Assembly: GCA_977862235.1 (NCBI GenBank)
Contig: OZ374565.1
Coordinates: 1-64,000, forward strand
Length of the DNA: 64,000 bases
Source of the DNA: Dudresnaya verticillata
Taxonomy: Eukaryota
Direction of reading: 5' to 3'
In this document: in pieces, positions 1 through 9,000 of the stretch
How positions within the stretch are numbered: position 1 is the stretch's first letter
Layout of the letters: the number at the start of each line of letters is the position of its first letter
Position numbers and translations under genes: made by a program
The notes under the pieces: generated by a model
What the model was told of the DNA's origin: nothing
Databases searched by the model: none
Seen by the model: only the letters and a program-made list of their open reading frames with translations

Positions 1-1533
1 CCTAAACCCCTAAACCCCTAAACCCCTAAACCCCTAAAACCCCTAAAACCCCTAAACCCCTAAACCCCTAAACCCCTAAACCCCTAAACCCTAAACCCCT
101 AAACCCCTAAACCCCTAAACCCCTAAACCCCTAAACCCCTAAACCCCTAAACCCCTAAACCCCTAAACCCCTAAACCCCTAAACCCCTAAAACCCCTAAA
201 CCCCTAAAACCCCTAAAACCCCTAAAACCCCTAAACCCCTAAACCCCTAAACCCCTAAACCCCTAAACCCCTAAAACCCCTAAACCCCTAAACCCCTAAA
301 CCCCTAAACCCCTAAACCCCTAAACCCCTAAACCCCTAAACCCCTAAACCCCTAAACCCCTAAACCCCTAAACCCCTAAACCCCTAAACCCCTAAACCCC
401 TAAACCCCTAAAACCCCTAAACCCCTAAAACCCTAAAACCCCTAAACCCCTAAAACCCTAAACCCCTAAAACCCCTAAACCCCTAAAACCCCTAAACCCC
501 TAAACCCCTAAACCCCTAAACCCCTAAACCCCTAAACCCCTAAACCCCTAAACCCCTAAACCCCTAAACCCCTAAACCCCTAAACCCCTAAACCCCTAAA
601 CCCCTAAACCCCTAAACCCCTAAACCCCTAAACCCCTAAACCCCTAAACCCCTAAACCCCTAAACCCCTAAACCCCTAAACCCCTAAACCCCTAAACCCC
701 TAAACCCCTAAACCCCTAAACCCCTAAACCCCTAAACCCCTAAACCCCTAAACCCCTAAACCCCTAAACCCCTAAACCCCTAAACCCCTAAACCCCTAAA
801 CCCCTAAAACCCCTAAAACCCCTAAACCCCTAAACCCCTAAACCCCTAAACCCCTAAACCCCTAAACCCCTAAACCCCTAAACCCCTAAACCCCTAAACC
901 CCTAAAACCCCTAAACCCCTAAACCCCTAAACCCCTAAACCCCTAAACCCCTAAACCCCTAAAACCCCTAAACCCCTAAAACCCCTAAACCCCTAAAACC
1001 CCTAAAACCCCTAAACCCCTAAACCCCTAAACCCCTAAACCCCTAAAACCCCCTAAACCCCTAAAACCCCTAAACCCCTAAACCCCTAAACCCCTAAACC
1101 CCTAAAACCTAAACCCCTAAAACCCCTAAAACCCCTAAACCCCTAAAACCCCTAAACCCCTAAAACCCCTAAAACCCCTAAACCCCTAAACCCCTAAAAC
1201 CCCTAAACCCCTAAACCCCTAAACCCCTAAAACCCCTAAACCCCTAAACCCCTAAAACCCTAAACCCCTAAACCCCTAAACCCCTAAACCCCTAAACCCC
1301 TAAACCCCTAAAAACCCCTAAACCCCTAAACCCCTAAACCCCTAAAACCCCTAAACCCCTAAACCCCTAAAACCCCTAAACCCCTAAACCCCTAAAACCC
1401 TAAACCCCTAAAACCCCTAAACCCCTAAAACCCCTAAACCCCTAAACCCCTAAACCCCTAAACCCCTAAACCCCTAAAACCCCTAAAACCCCTAAAAAAA
1501 CCCCTAAAACCCCTAAACCCCTAAACCCCTAAA
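1..1533 (-). repeat. Telomeric repeat tract (CCCCTAAA)n = (TTTAGGGG)n on the minus strand, with CCCCTAAAA and CCCTAAAA variants
   Basis: Uninterrupted 8-9-nt tandem repeat from base 1, C-rich strand on +, as expected at a left chromosome end. Confidence 0.97.
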
Positions 1534-1598
1534 CTCACCTTTGACGGCGGGCGAGCGCGGTCTACTTTTGTCTCTTTTTGCGCCGTCGATCTGCGCCG

Positions 1599-1646
1599 CG
1601 ACGCCGTCGTCGTCGCCGCCGTCGCCGCCGCCGTCGTCGCCGACGG
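1599..1646 (+). repeat. GC-rich (GTC/GCC)n trinucleotide low-complexity tract in the element 5' UTR (present in every copy)
   Basis: cgacgccgtcgtcgtcgccgccgtcgccgccgccgtcgtcgccgacgg. Confidence 0.85.
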
Positions 1647-1679
1647 TCACGCGTTTCCTATTTTGCGCTTACTTTTAAG

Positions 1680-1725
1680 GTGATCCCTCACCTTGAAATT
1701 TGCCCGGGCCCCACTGACTTATCTT
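1680..1725 (-). promoter_or_regulatory. Bipartite 5S internal-control-region / target mimic in the element 5' UTR (box C + box A); also at 6348, 11006, 15666, 20326, 24986, 29646, 53608, 58255, 62902
   Basis: GTGATCCCTCACCT-N22-GACTTATCTT is identical in both blocks and in spacing to 5S gene 35225-35238 / 35261-35270. Copies 3-7 have GACTTGTCTT. Function is not established. Confidence 0.7.
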
Positions 1726-1765
1726 TCTTTCCCTGGCCCTGTACGCGTTTTGCTTGTACCCGGCA

Positions 1766-2460
1766 CAGCCTAGACTCTGTCTAGGCTGCCGTGGACTGTC
1801 GACAGAGGGGTTTCACACCCTTCAACTGACAGATTGGTAAAGGCCAGGCTTGTCCTGTAAAATCTTCCTTCGGGAAGTGCCGAGAGACCTACAAGTGTGG
1901 GAATCGCCAAAGACCCTCGACCTTGAGTGGTAGGCGGCTCGTGACCCACAAGCTCATCGCAGAAACGTGCCAAGCAACGTCGAAGTTGGGGTAACGTGGC
2001 TTAAGCCTGGTGGATCCTGTTTTGAAACCACCCCTTCTAAGATCGAGCGAACGTCCTGCCAGCGAACCTTCGGGGGAGGCCAAAAATCCTGTGGGCACTC
2101 ACAGGTAAACGGTGGTTCTGCGACCCCATTGAGAGCTTGTGCAAACGAGAAGTACCGCGCGTTACAGGACCGCAGTGAAGAGACTCTTCTCAGCTGCGGC
2201 AGGGAAGGGAACGTCCGATAAGTCTACGCGCGAACGCTAACACGTGCGCCCTTTTGCGCGAGCTCGTGCGCAAATTGCGCAAAATCACGCCCTACGCTGC
2301 GAAGAGGCCTTCATCTCGCAGCAAGGCCACCTGTAGCACCCTCTGGAGGTGTCCCGAACAGACTGACGACGGACGACAGGCTTGCGTCCCGGTTAGGAGG
2401 TCTGTGCCCCGAGGGAACCTACTGTAGAGGACCTTTACAGGTACCTTACCCAGCGCTGTA
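1766..2460 (+). ncRNA. Putative highly structured RNA region of the element 5' UTR (identity unknown)
   Basis: 10-bp hairpin 1766-1788; 9-bp long-range helix 1852-1860/2162-2170; CUUCC-UUCG-GGAAG 1864-1877; GCAA-capped stem 2136-2149; further stems 2088-2105, 2170-2199, 2296-2322. Confidence 0.55.
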
Positions 2461-2463
2461 ACC

Positions 2464-5400
2464 ATGATTGGTCAGCAGCACCCCGACATGCCGAAGGTAT
2501 GGCTCTCTCCATGCTTTATGCCTTCGGCAAAACACCGCCCGACAAACAGTACCAGCTGTCCTCTGGGCTGCCAGTCGTCCTCACTGCCTACTGTAGAAGC
2601 GCTACTCATGCACCTGCGGAAGATGCATGTTCCTGGCAGGCGAGGACCACCGACGAGGACCGACATCGAGCCTCTCAAGCAGCAGCTCCTGGACTATGGA
2701 GTATGGTACTGTGTGACTCACAACAAGTACATGCCTACCCACTGTAGCTCCCGCATGAACAGTGAAGGCATGTACAGTATGCGGTACAAGAATTGCAGCG
2801 CATGTCCCGCCACTCGCACTCCGGCGTTCTCCCACGTCCCGTCCAACCAATTGACGACACCGAGCCGTGAAGAAACTGTAGCCGCGCCATCACAGACTCC
2901 TGCTCTGGACGCGGTCACGGAGACGCAACCCGAGGACGGCGAGCCGGCGGACGATATCCTGCCAGCCCCGCGACGAATCCCGGACAGCCAGGAGCCGCCT
3001 CCTGCACCGGTACCAGCTACTCAAGTGGTACCAACTGCGCAAACCCGACACGCTGCGCGGGGTCCAGGAGGGCAGCTTCTGCCGGCGGTCGAAGATATCT
3101 GTCGCTCGCATATCCCTATGGTCACACATATACCGTCTCGCGTGCGCGCAGAGGTGCGCGACGCACTGTCCAAGACGGTATGGGCTTTTACGAACGCAAA
3201 CAACTCTCAGGAAGCCACCAAAGAGCTCACTGCATTCCTGCTTTTTCCAGCAGCCGTCTTGTCCAATCCTCCCGCGGCGAGTGCAAGGGCCGGCGCGTCA
3301 ACCTCTGCGTCCTCGATCGGCACCTTCCGCGATCGAATCCGCCGCTGGGGACTCAAGGATTACGACGCCCTATGGCAGGAGGCCTTGAAGGGCTCGACAT
3401 TCCGTGAGCAGACTGCGCCTTCCGCAGAAGAGCAACGCCGTATCAACGCCTCACGAGCCCTTCGCCTCGCAAAGGAGGGCGCCTACAGTAAGGCAGCAGC
3501 AGCTCTAGACTCTGATGGAATCGCGCCAGCCACAGACTCTGTGATACAGTCCATGAAGGACAAGCACCCACAGTCCGTACCGCAAACCGACGCGGACCAC
3601 GAGCTTGACCAGTCCGAACCGCTGCCGACCATGCCTGACTTTGTGCCTTTCACAGCCGACGAAGTACGAAAAGCAGTGGCCAAGTTCCCCCGGGCTTCGG
3701 CCTCGGGGGGCACAGGACTATCACCGACGCATCTGCAGGAACTGCTCTCAGTCCCGACCACTCACGAGCACACGGGCCTGCTTGGCGGGCTCACCAAAAT
3801 GGTCAACGTGCTGGCCAGCGGCGCAGGACCTGCGGAGCTGTCGCCTTGGATTGCCAGCGCTCCTCTCACGGCTCTGAAGAAGCGCACCGGCGGTGTCCGC
3901 CCCATTGCTGTAGGAGAGACAATCCGACGACTCGTGAGCTCTATGCTCATGACCAGAGTCGCTCCCAAGGCCAAGGCATACCTCGAACCGCTTCAGCTCG
4001 GGGTCGCAACCTCGGGCGGCACAGAAGCGATTGTACACGCGGTCCGGAAGCTGCAGAATTCTCACGGCCATGACAAGTCCTACGGGTTGCTACAAGTGGA
4101 CTTGAAGAATGCCTTCAACCTTGTCAGCCGCAAAGCATTCATGAAGGAGGTCCGCCGACATATGCCTGAACTGCTATCGTGGGTCAGATACTGTTATGAC
4201 TCTGAGGGCCCGCACCTGTGGATGGGTGACACTCTACTGCGGAGTGTCACTGGTGTACAGCAAGGTGACCCGCTCGGGCCGTTACTGTTTGCTTTAGTGC
4301 TGCAGGCACTGATCAAACAGTTGAAGGAACTCACCGCCGACCTGCGGCGCTCGGGCCGCAATCAGCAAGCGGAGGCAGCAAACAACTTGCTGCTGTCACT
4401 GTTCTACCTGGACGACGGCGTCATCGTGGCGAAACACGCCGTACTCAGGAAGGTTCTGTCCTTCTTTGACTCCGAGGAAGCTAAGGGCTACGGCTTCCAC
4501 CTGCGCATGGACAAGTGTACTGTTTGGTGGCCTACTGCACCCGACCCAGAAGACTGCGCTGCCTACCCGTCGGATCTTGGGCAGAGCTACGGAGAAGGCA
4601 CTACAGTACTTCAGGCTCCGATTGGAACGCAGAACTACATGGAGGAGAGCGTGAATGGCCATGTCGAGTCCATCCAGCCCCTGCTGGACGCAATTTCGGG
4701 ACTCGAAGACCTACACGTGGCCATAACTCTACTCCGCAACTGTGCCGGAGTCTGCCGGCTGAACTACCTGCTGCGAGTAGTTCCATCATCCGCCACGGCG
4801 AAGGGCGCCGAGCTCTTCGACCAGAAGATTGAGGCTTGCATGCGCAAGCTCGTGGGAGGAGTCCTACCGAGGGACACCTTCCGCGAACTTCAGCTTCCCC
4901 TGCGCACGAAAGATCCCAGCTTCGGAATCGGTATTTCGGGAGCTGGCGACATGAACTCGAGCGCGTTTTTGGCGTCCCTTTCACTGACCCGCAACTTACT
5001 GCGTTCTATCTTACCCGCTTCTGTGAACACTGCTCTTTCTGACGATCCTTTTGCAGTAGAAGCGCATGAAGACTGGAGCGCCAAGTGCCATAGTGAGGAT
5101 GCCCTGGACCTCGAGAAGATCGACAGCGACGAGTGCCCGCGCCAGCGGGACTTGACGCGGTTGGTACTGAAGAAGGTGCAGGCCGAGCTGCCGCTCGGGG
5201 ACAGGCGGACTCAAGCTTTCCGAGCTTCCCTTGGCGTGCCGGGCGCCAAGGACTGGCTCAAGTGCCAGCCGGCACCAGGCATGAAGACGTACATTGCGGA
5301 TCGGGACTACCGCGTATGGCTTCGATTCTACTGTCGGATTCCACTGCTGGAACCCGACACGGAGTGTCCTCGGGCCGGGTGCAAGAAGATGATGGATGTT

Positions 5401-5952
5401 CACGGCGACCATCTGCTGATTTGTCCGAACGGCATGCGGAACAGCGGATCTCCTCGGTCGTGGCGCCACGACTCTCAGGTTCGTCTGCTGGCTTCGGATC
5501 TGAAACGTGCGACACGCACCCCGACTGTGGAGCCCCGCCCTGTGGGGGCTCACCTGGATCGGCCGGACATCAAGGCGCTTGGAACAGAAGGAGGAACGGA
5601 CTACCTGGACGTCACAATCAGTCATCCACTGTCGTCAGAACAACGCATTCTCAGCTGCATAACAAACCCGCAAGGGACGCTGAAGAACGCCCACGCTGAC
5701 AAGGTGCGGACTTACCGTGGCTTCATCCAGGCTGCCGGACCGGGGGCAAGACTTGTGCCGGTGCCGATGACCACACTAGGTGGCTGGCACCCGGAGGCGC
5801 ACAAGTATATGCAAGAGTTGGCGGATACCGTGGCTTCTCGGGCCATGGTAACTCGCGGTGTTTCGCGAGCGGCTCTGTTCCACAGGCACGCGGCGCGACT
5901 GGTGCAGAACAACGTCAAGTGCCTGATGGAAGGGATCCAACAGGAGGTGTAG
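2464..5952 (+). CDS. Retrotransposon polyprotein, 1162 aa: N-terminal C2H2 zinc finger, reverse transcriptase, CCHC knuckle, restriction-like endonuclease
   Basis: C-x3-C-x13-H-x4-H; GVRPIAVGE, QLGV..GGTEA, DLKNAFN, GVQQGDPLGPLLF, YLDD; C-x4-C-x9-H-x3-C, RHD, RPD..LDVTI..K..Y. Confidence 0.97.
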   Translation: MIGQQHPDMPKVWLSPCFMPSAKHRPTNSTSCPLGCQSSSLPTVEALLMHLRKMHVPGRRGPPTRTDIEPLKQQLLDYGVWYCVTHNKYMPTHCSSRMNSEGMYSMRYKNCSACPATRTPAFSHVPSNQLTTPSREETVAAPSQTPALDAVTETQPEDGEPADDILPAPRRIPDSQEPPPAPVPATQVVPTAQTRHAARGPGGQLLPAVEDICRSHIPMVTHIPSRVRAEVRDALSKTVWAFTNANNSQEATKELTAFLLFPAAVLSNPPAASARAGASTSASSIGTFRDRIRRWGLKDYDALWQEALKGSTFREQTAPSAEEQRRINASRALRLAKEGAYSKAAAALDSDGIAPATDSVIQSMKDKHPQSVPQTDADHELDQSEPLPTMPDFVPFTADEVRKAVAKFPRASASGGTGLSPTHLQELLSVPTTHEHTGLLGGLTKMVNVLASGAGPAELSPWIASAPLTALKKRTGGVRPIAVGETIRRLVSSMLMTRVAPKAKAYLEPLQLGVATSGGTEAIVHAVRKLQNSHGHDKSYGLLQVDLKNAFNLVSRKAFMKEVRRHMPELLSWVRYCYDSEGPHLWMGDTLLRSVTGVQQGDPLGPLLFALVLQALIKQLKELTADLRRSGRNQQAEAANNLLLSLFYLDDGVIVAKHAVLRKVLSFFDSEEAKGYGFHLRMDKCTVWWPTAPDPEDCAAYPSDLGQSYGEGTTVLQAPIGTQNYMEESVNGHVESIQPLLDAISGLEDLHVAITLLRNCAGVCRLNYLLRVVPSSATAKGAELFDQKIEACMRKLVGGVLPRDTFRELQLPLRTKDPSFGIGISGAGDMNSSAFLASLSLTRNLLRSILPASVNTALSDDPFAVEAHEDWSAKCHSEDALDLEKIDSDECPRQRDLTRLVLKKVQAELPLGDRRTQAFRASLGVPGAKDWLKCQPAPGMKTYIADRDYRVWLRFYCRIPLLEPDTECPRAGCKKMMDVHGDHLLICPNGMRNSGSPRSWRHDSQVRLLASDLKRATRTPTVEPRPVGAHLDRPDIKALGTEGGTDYLDVTISHPLSSEQRILSCITNPQGTLKNAHADKVRTYRGFIQAAGPGARLVPVPMTTLGGWHPEAHKYMQELADTVASRAMVTRGVSRAALFHRHAARLVQNNVKCLMEGIQQEV

Positions 5953-6082
5953 ATGTGCAAGTTGTCTTGAGTTGGGGTTTAACTTTGGTGTGATACTAGA
6001 GTAGATTGTACGTCGAAAAATATTAGAATATGATCACCTGTTATAAAGTTGAACTCACCTCAGATAAAGTTGAACTCACCTC

Positions 6083-9000
6083 GGCGATCTGCCGAAAATT
6101 TTGTTTCGCGGATATCTCAACAAGTTCTGCACCGATCTTTTCGGCGGCGGTGCCGCCTGTTCGAGCGCGCGACGGCGCGTCGGTGCGGGGTTTTTCAGCC
6201 CTTCACCTTTGACGGCGGGCGAGCGCGGTCTACTTTTGTCTCTTTTTGCGCCGTCGATCTGCGCCGCGACGCCGTCGTCGTCGCCGCCGTCGCCGCCGCC
6301 GTCGTCGCCGACGGTCACGCGTTTCCTATTTTGCGCTTACTTTTAAGGTGATCCCTCACCTTGAAATTTGCCCGGGCCCCACTGACTTATCTTTCTTTCC
6401 CTGGCCCTGTACGCGTTTTGCTTGTACCCGGCACAGCCTAGACTCTGTCTAGGCTGCCGTGGACTGTCGACAGAGGGGTTTCACACCCTTCAACTGACAG
6501 ATTGGTAAAGGCCAGGCTTGTCCTGTAAAATCTTCCTTCGGGAAGTGCCGAGAGACCTACAAGTGTGGGAATCGCCAAAGACCCTCGACCTTGAGTGGTA
6601 GGCGGCTCGTGACCCACAAGCTCATCGCAGAAACGTGCCAAGCAACGTCGAAGTTGGGGTAACGTGGCTTAAGCCTGGTGGATCCTGTTTTGAAACCACC
6701 CCTTCTAAGATCGAGCGAACGTCCTGCCAGCGAACCTTCGGGGGAGGCCAAAAATCCTGTGGGCACTCACAGGTAAACGGTGGTTCTGCGACCCCATTGA
6801 GAGCTTGTGCAAACGAGAAGTACCGCGCGTTACAGGACCGCAGTGAAGAGACTCTTCTCAGCTGCGGCAGGGAAGGGAACGTCCGATAAGTCTACGCGCG
6901 AACGCTAACACGTGCGCCCTTTTGCGCGAGCTCGTGCGCAAATTGCGCAATCTCACGCCCTACGCTGCGAAGAGGCCTTCATCTCGCAGCAAGGCCACCT
7001 GTAGCACCCTCTGGAGGTGTCCCGAACAGACTGACGACGGACGACAGGCTTGCGTCCCGGTTAGGAGGTCTGTGCCCCGAGGGAACCTACTGTAGAGGAC
7101 CTTTACAGGTACCTTACCCAGCGCTGTAACCATGATTGGTCAGCAGCACCCCGACATGCCGAAGGTATGGCTCTCTCCATGCTTTATGCCTTCGGCAAAA
7201 CACCGCCCGACAAACAGTACCAGCTGTCCTCTGGGCTGCCAGTCGTCCTCACTGCCTACTGTAGAAGCGCTACTCATGCACCTGCGGAAGATGCATGTTC
7301 CTGGCAGGCGAGGACCACCGACGAGGACCGACATCGAGCCTCTCAAGCAGCAGCTCCTGGACTATGGAGTATGGTACTGTGTGACTCACAACAAGTACAT
7401 GCCTACCCACTGTAGCTCCCGCATGAACAGTGAAGGCATGTACAGTATGCGGTACAAGAATTGCAGCGCATGTCCCGCCACTCGCACTCCGGCGTTCTCC
7501 CACGTCCCGTCCAACCAATTGACGACACCGAGCCGTGAAGAAACTGTAGCCGCGCCATCACAGACTCCTGCCCTGGACGCGGTCACGGAGACGCAACCCG
7601 AGGACGGCGAGCCGGCGGACGATATCCTGCCAGCCCCGCGACGAATCCCGGACAGCCAGGAGCCGCCTCCTGCACCGGTACCAGCTACTCAAGTGGTACC
7701 AACTGCGCAAACCCGACACGCTGCGCGGGGTCCAGGAGGGCAGCTTCTGCCGGCGGTCGAAGATATCTGTCGCTCGCATATCCCTATGGTCACACATATA
7801 CCGTCTCGCGTCCGCGCAGAGGTGCGCGACGCACTGTCCAAGACGGTATGGGCTTTTACGAACGCAAACAACTCTCAGGAAGCCACCAAAGAGCTCACTG
7901 CATTCCTGCTTTTTCCAGCAGCCGTCTTGTCCAATCCTCCCGCGGCGAGTGCAAGGGCCGGCGCGTCAACCTCTGCGTCCTCGATCGGCACCTTCCGCGA
8001 TCGAATCCGCCGCTGGGGACTCAAGGATTACGACGCCCTATGGCAGGAGGCCTTGAAGGGCTCGACATTCCGTGAGCAGACTGCGCCTTCCGCAGAAGAG
8101 CAACGCCGTATCAACGCCTCACGAGCCCTTCGCCTCGCAAAGGAGGGCGCCTACAGTAAGGCAGCAGCAGCTCTAGACTCTGATGGAATCGCCCCAGCCA
8201 CAGACTCTGTGATACAGTCCATGAAGGACAAGCACCCACAGTCCGTACCGCAAACCGACGCGGACCACGAGCTTGACCAGTCCGAACCGCTGCCGACCAT
8301 GCCTGACTTTGTGCCTTTCACAGCCGACGAAGTACGAAAAGCAGTGGCCAAGTTCCCCCGGGCTTCGGCCTCGGGGGGCACAGGACTATCACCGACCCAT
8401 CTGCAGGAACTGCTCTCAGTCCCGACCACTCACGAGCACACGGGCCTGCTTGGCGGGCTCACCAAAATGGTCAACGTGCTGGCCAGCGGCGCAGGACCTG
8501 CGGAGCTGTCGCCTTGGATTGCCAGCGCTCCTCTCACGGCTCTGAAGAAGCGCACCGGCGGTGTCCGCCCCATTGCTGTAGGAGAGACAATCCGACGACT
8601 CGTGAGCTCTATGCTCATGACCAGAGTCGCTCCCAAGGCCAAGGCATACCTCGAACCGCTTCAGCTCGGGGTCGCAACCTCGGGCGGCACAGAAGCCATT
8701 GTACACGCGGTCCGGAAGCTGCAGAAGTCTCACGGCCATGACAAGTCCTACGGGTTGCTACAAGTGGACTTGAAGAATGCCTTCAACCTTGTCAGCCGCA
8801 AAGCATTCATGAAGGAGGTCCGCCGACATATGCCTGAACTACTACCGTGGGTCAGATTCTGTTATGACTCTGAGGGCCCGCACCTGTGGATGGGTGACAC
8901 TCTACTGCGGAGTGTCACTGGTGTACAGCAAGGTGACCCGCTCGGGCCGTTACTGTTTGCTTTGGTGCTGCAGGCACTGATCAAACAGTTGAAGGAACTC

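Larger units (their letters stand above)
1534..6053 (+). mobile_element. RLE-type non-LTR retrotransposon (CRE-clade-like), copy 1; 5'-truncated by ~120 nt and capped by the telomere
   Basis: Aligns to copy 2 at offset 4668 from TCACCTTTGACGG; 3' end ...ATAAAGTTGAA followed by CTCACCTCAG. Confidence 0.93.

Noticed and set aside
1578..1784. Arg-rich (protamine-like) 68-aa ORF and its copies
   Set aside because: It is the translation of the GTC/GCC tract, has a non-ATG start, and its extent varies between copies.
1873..2220. Fragments reminiscent of RNase P RNA or group I intron conserved elements (AAGTGCCGAGAGA, GAGAGACCTACAA, GGGAACGTCCG)
   Set aside because: I could not build the P4 or P7 core pairing, and the motif order does not fit; needs a covariance-model search.
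2363..2395. Hammerhead-like CTGACGA followed by a GGAC/GTCC stem
   Set aside because: The required GAAA after stem II is absent.
2472..5960. Many short alternative-frame and antisense ORFs inside the polyprotein gene (including 204 aa minus and 188 aa plus)
   Set aside because: Expected shadow ORFs of a GC-rich coding sequence; no domains recognised.
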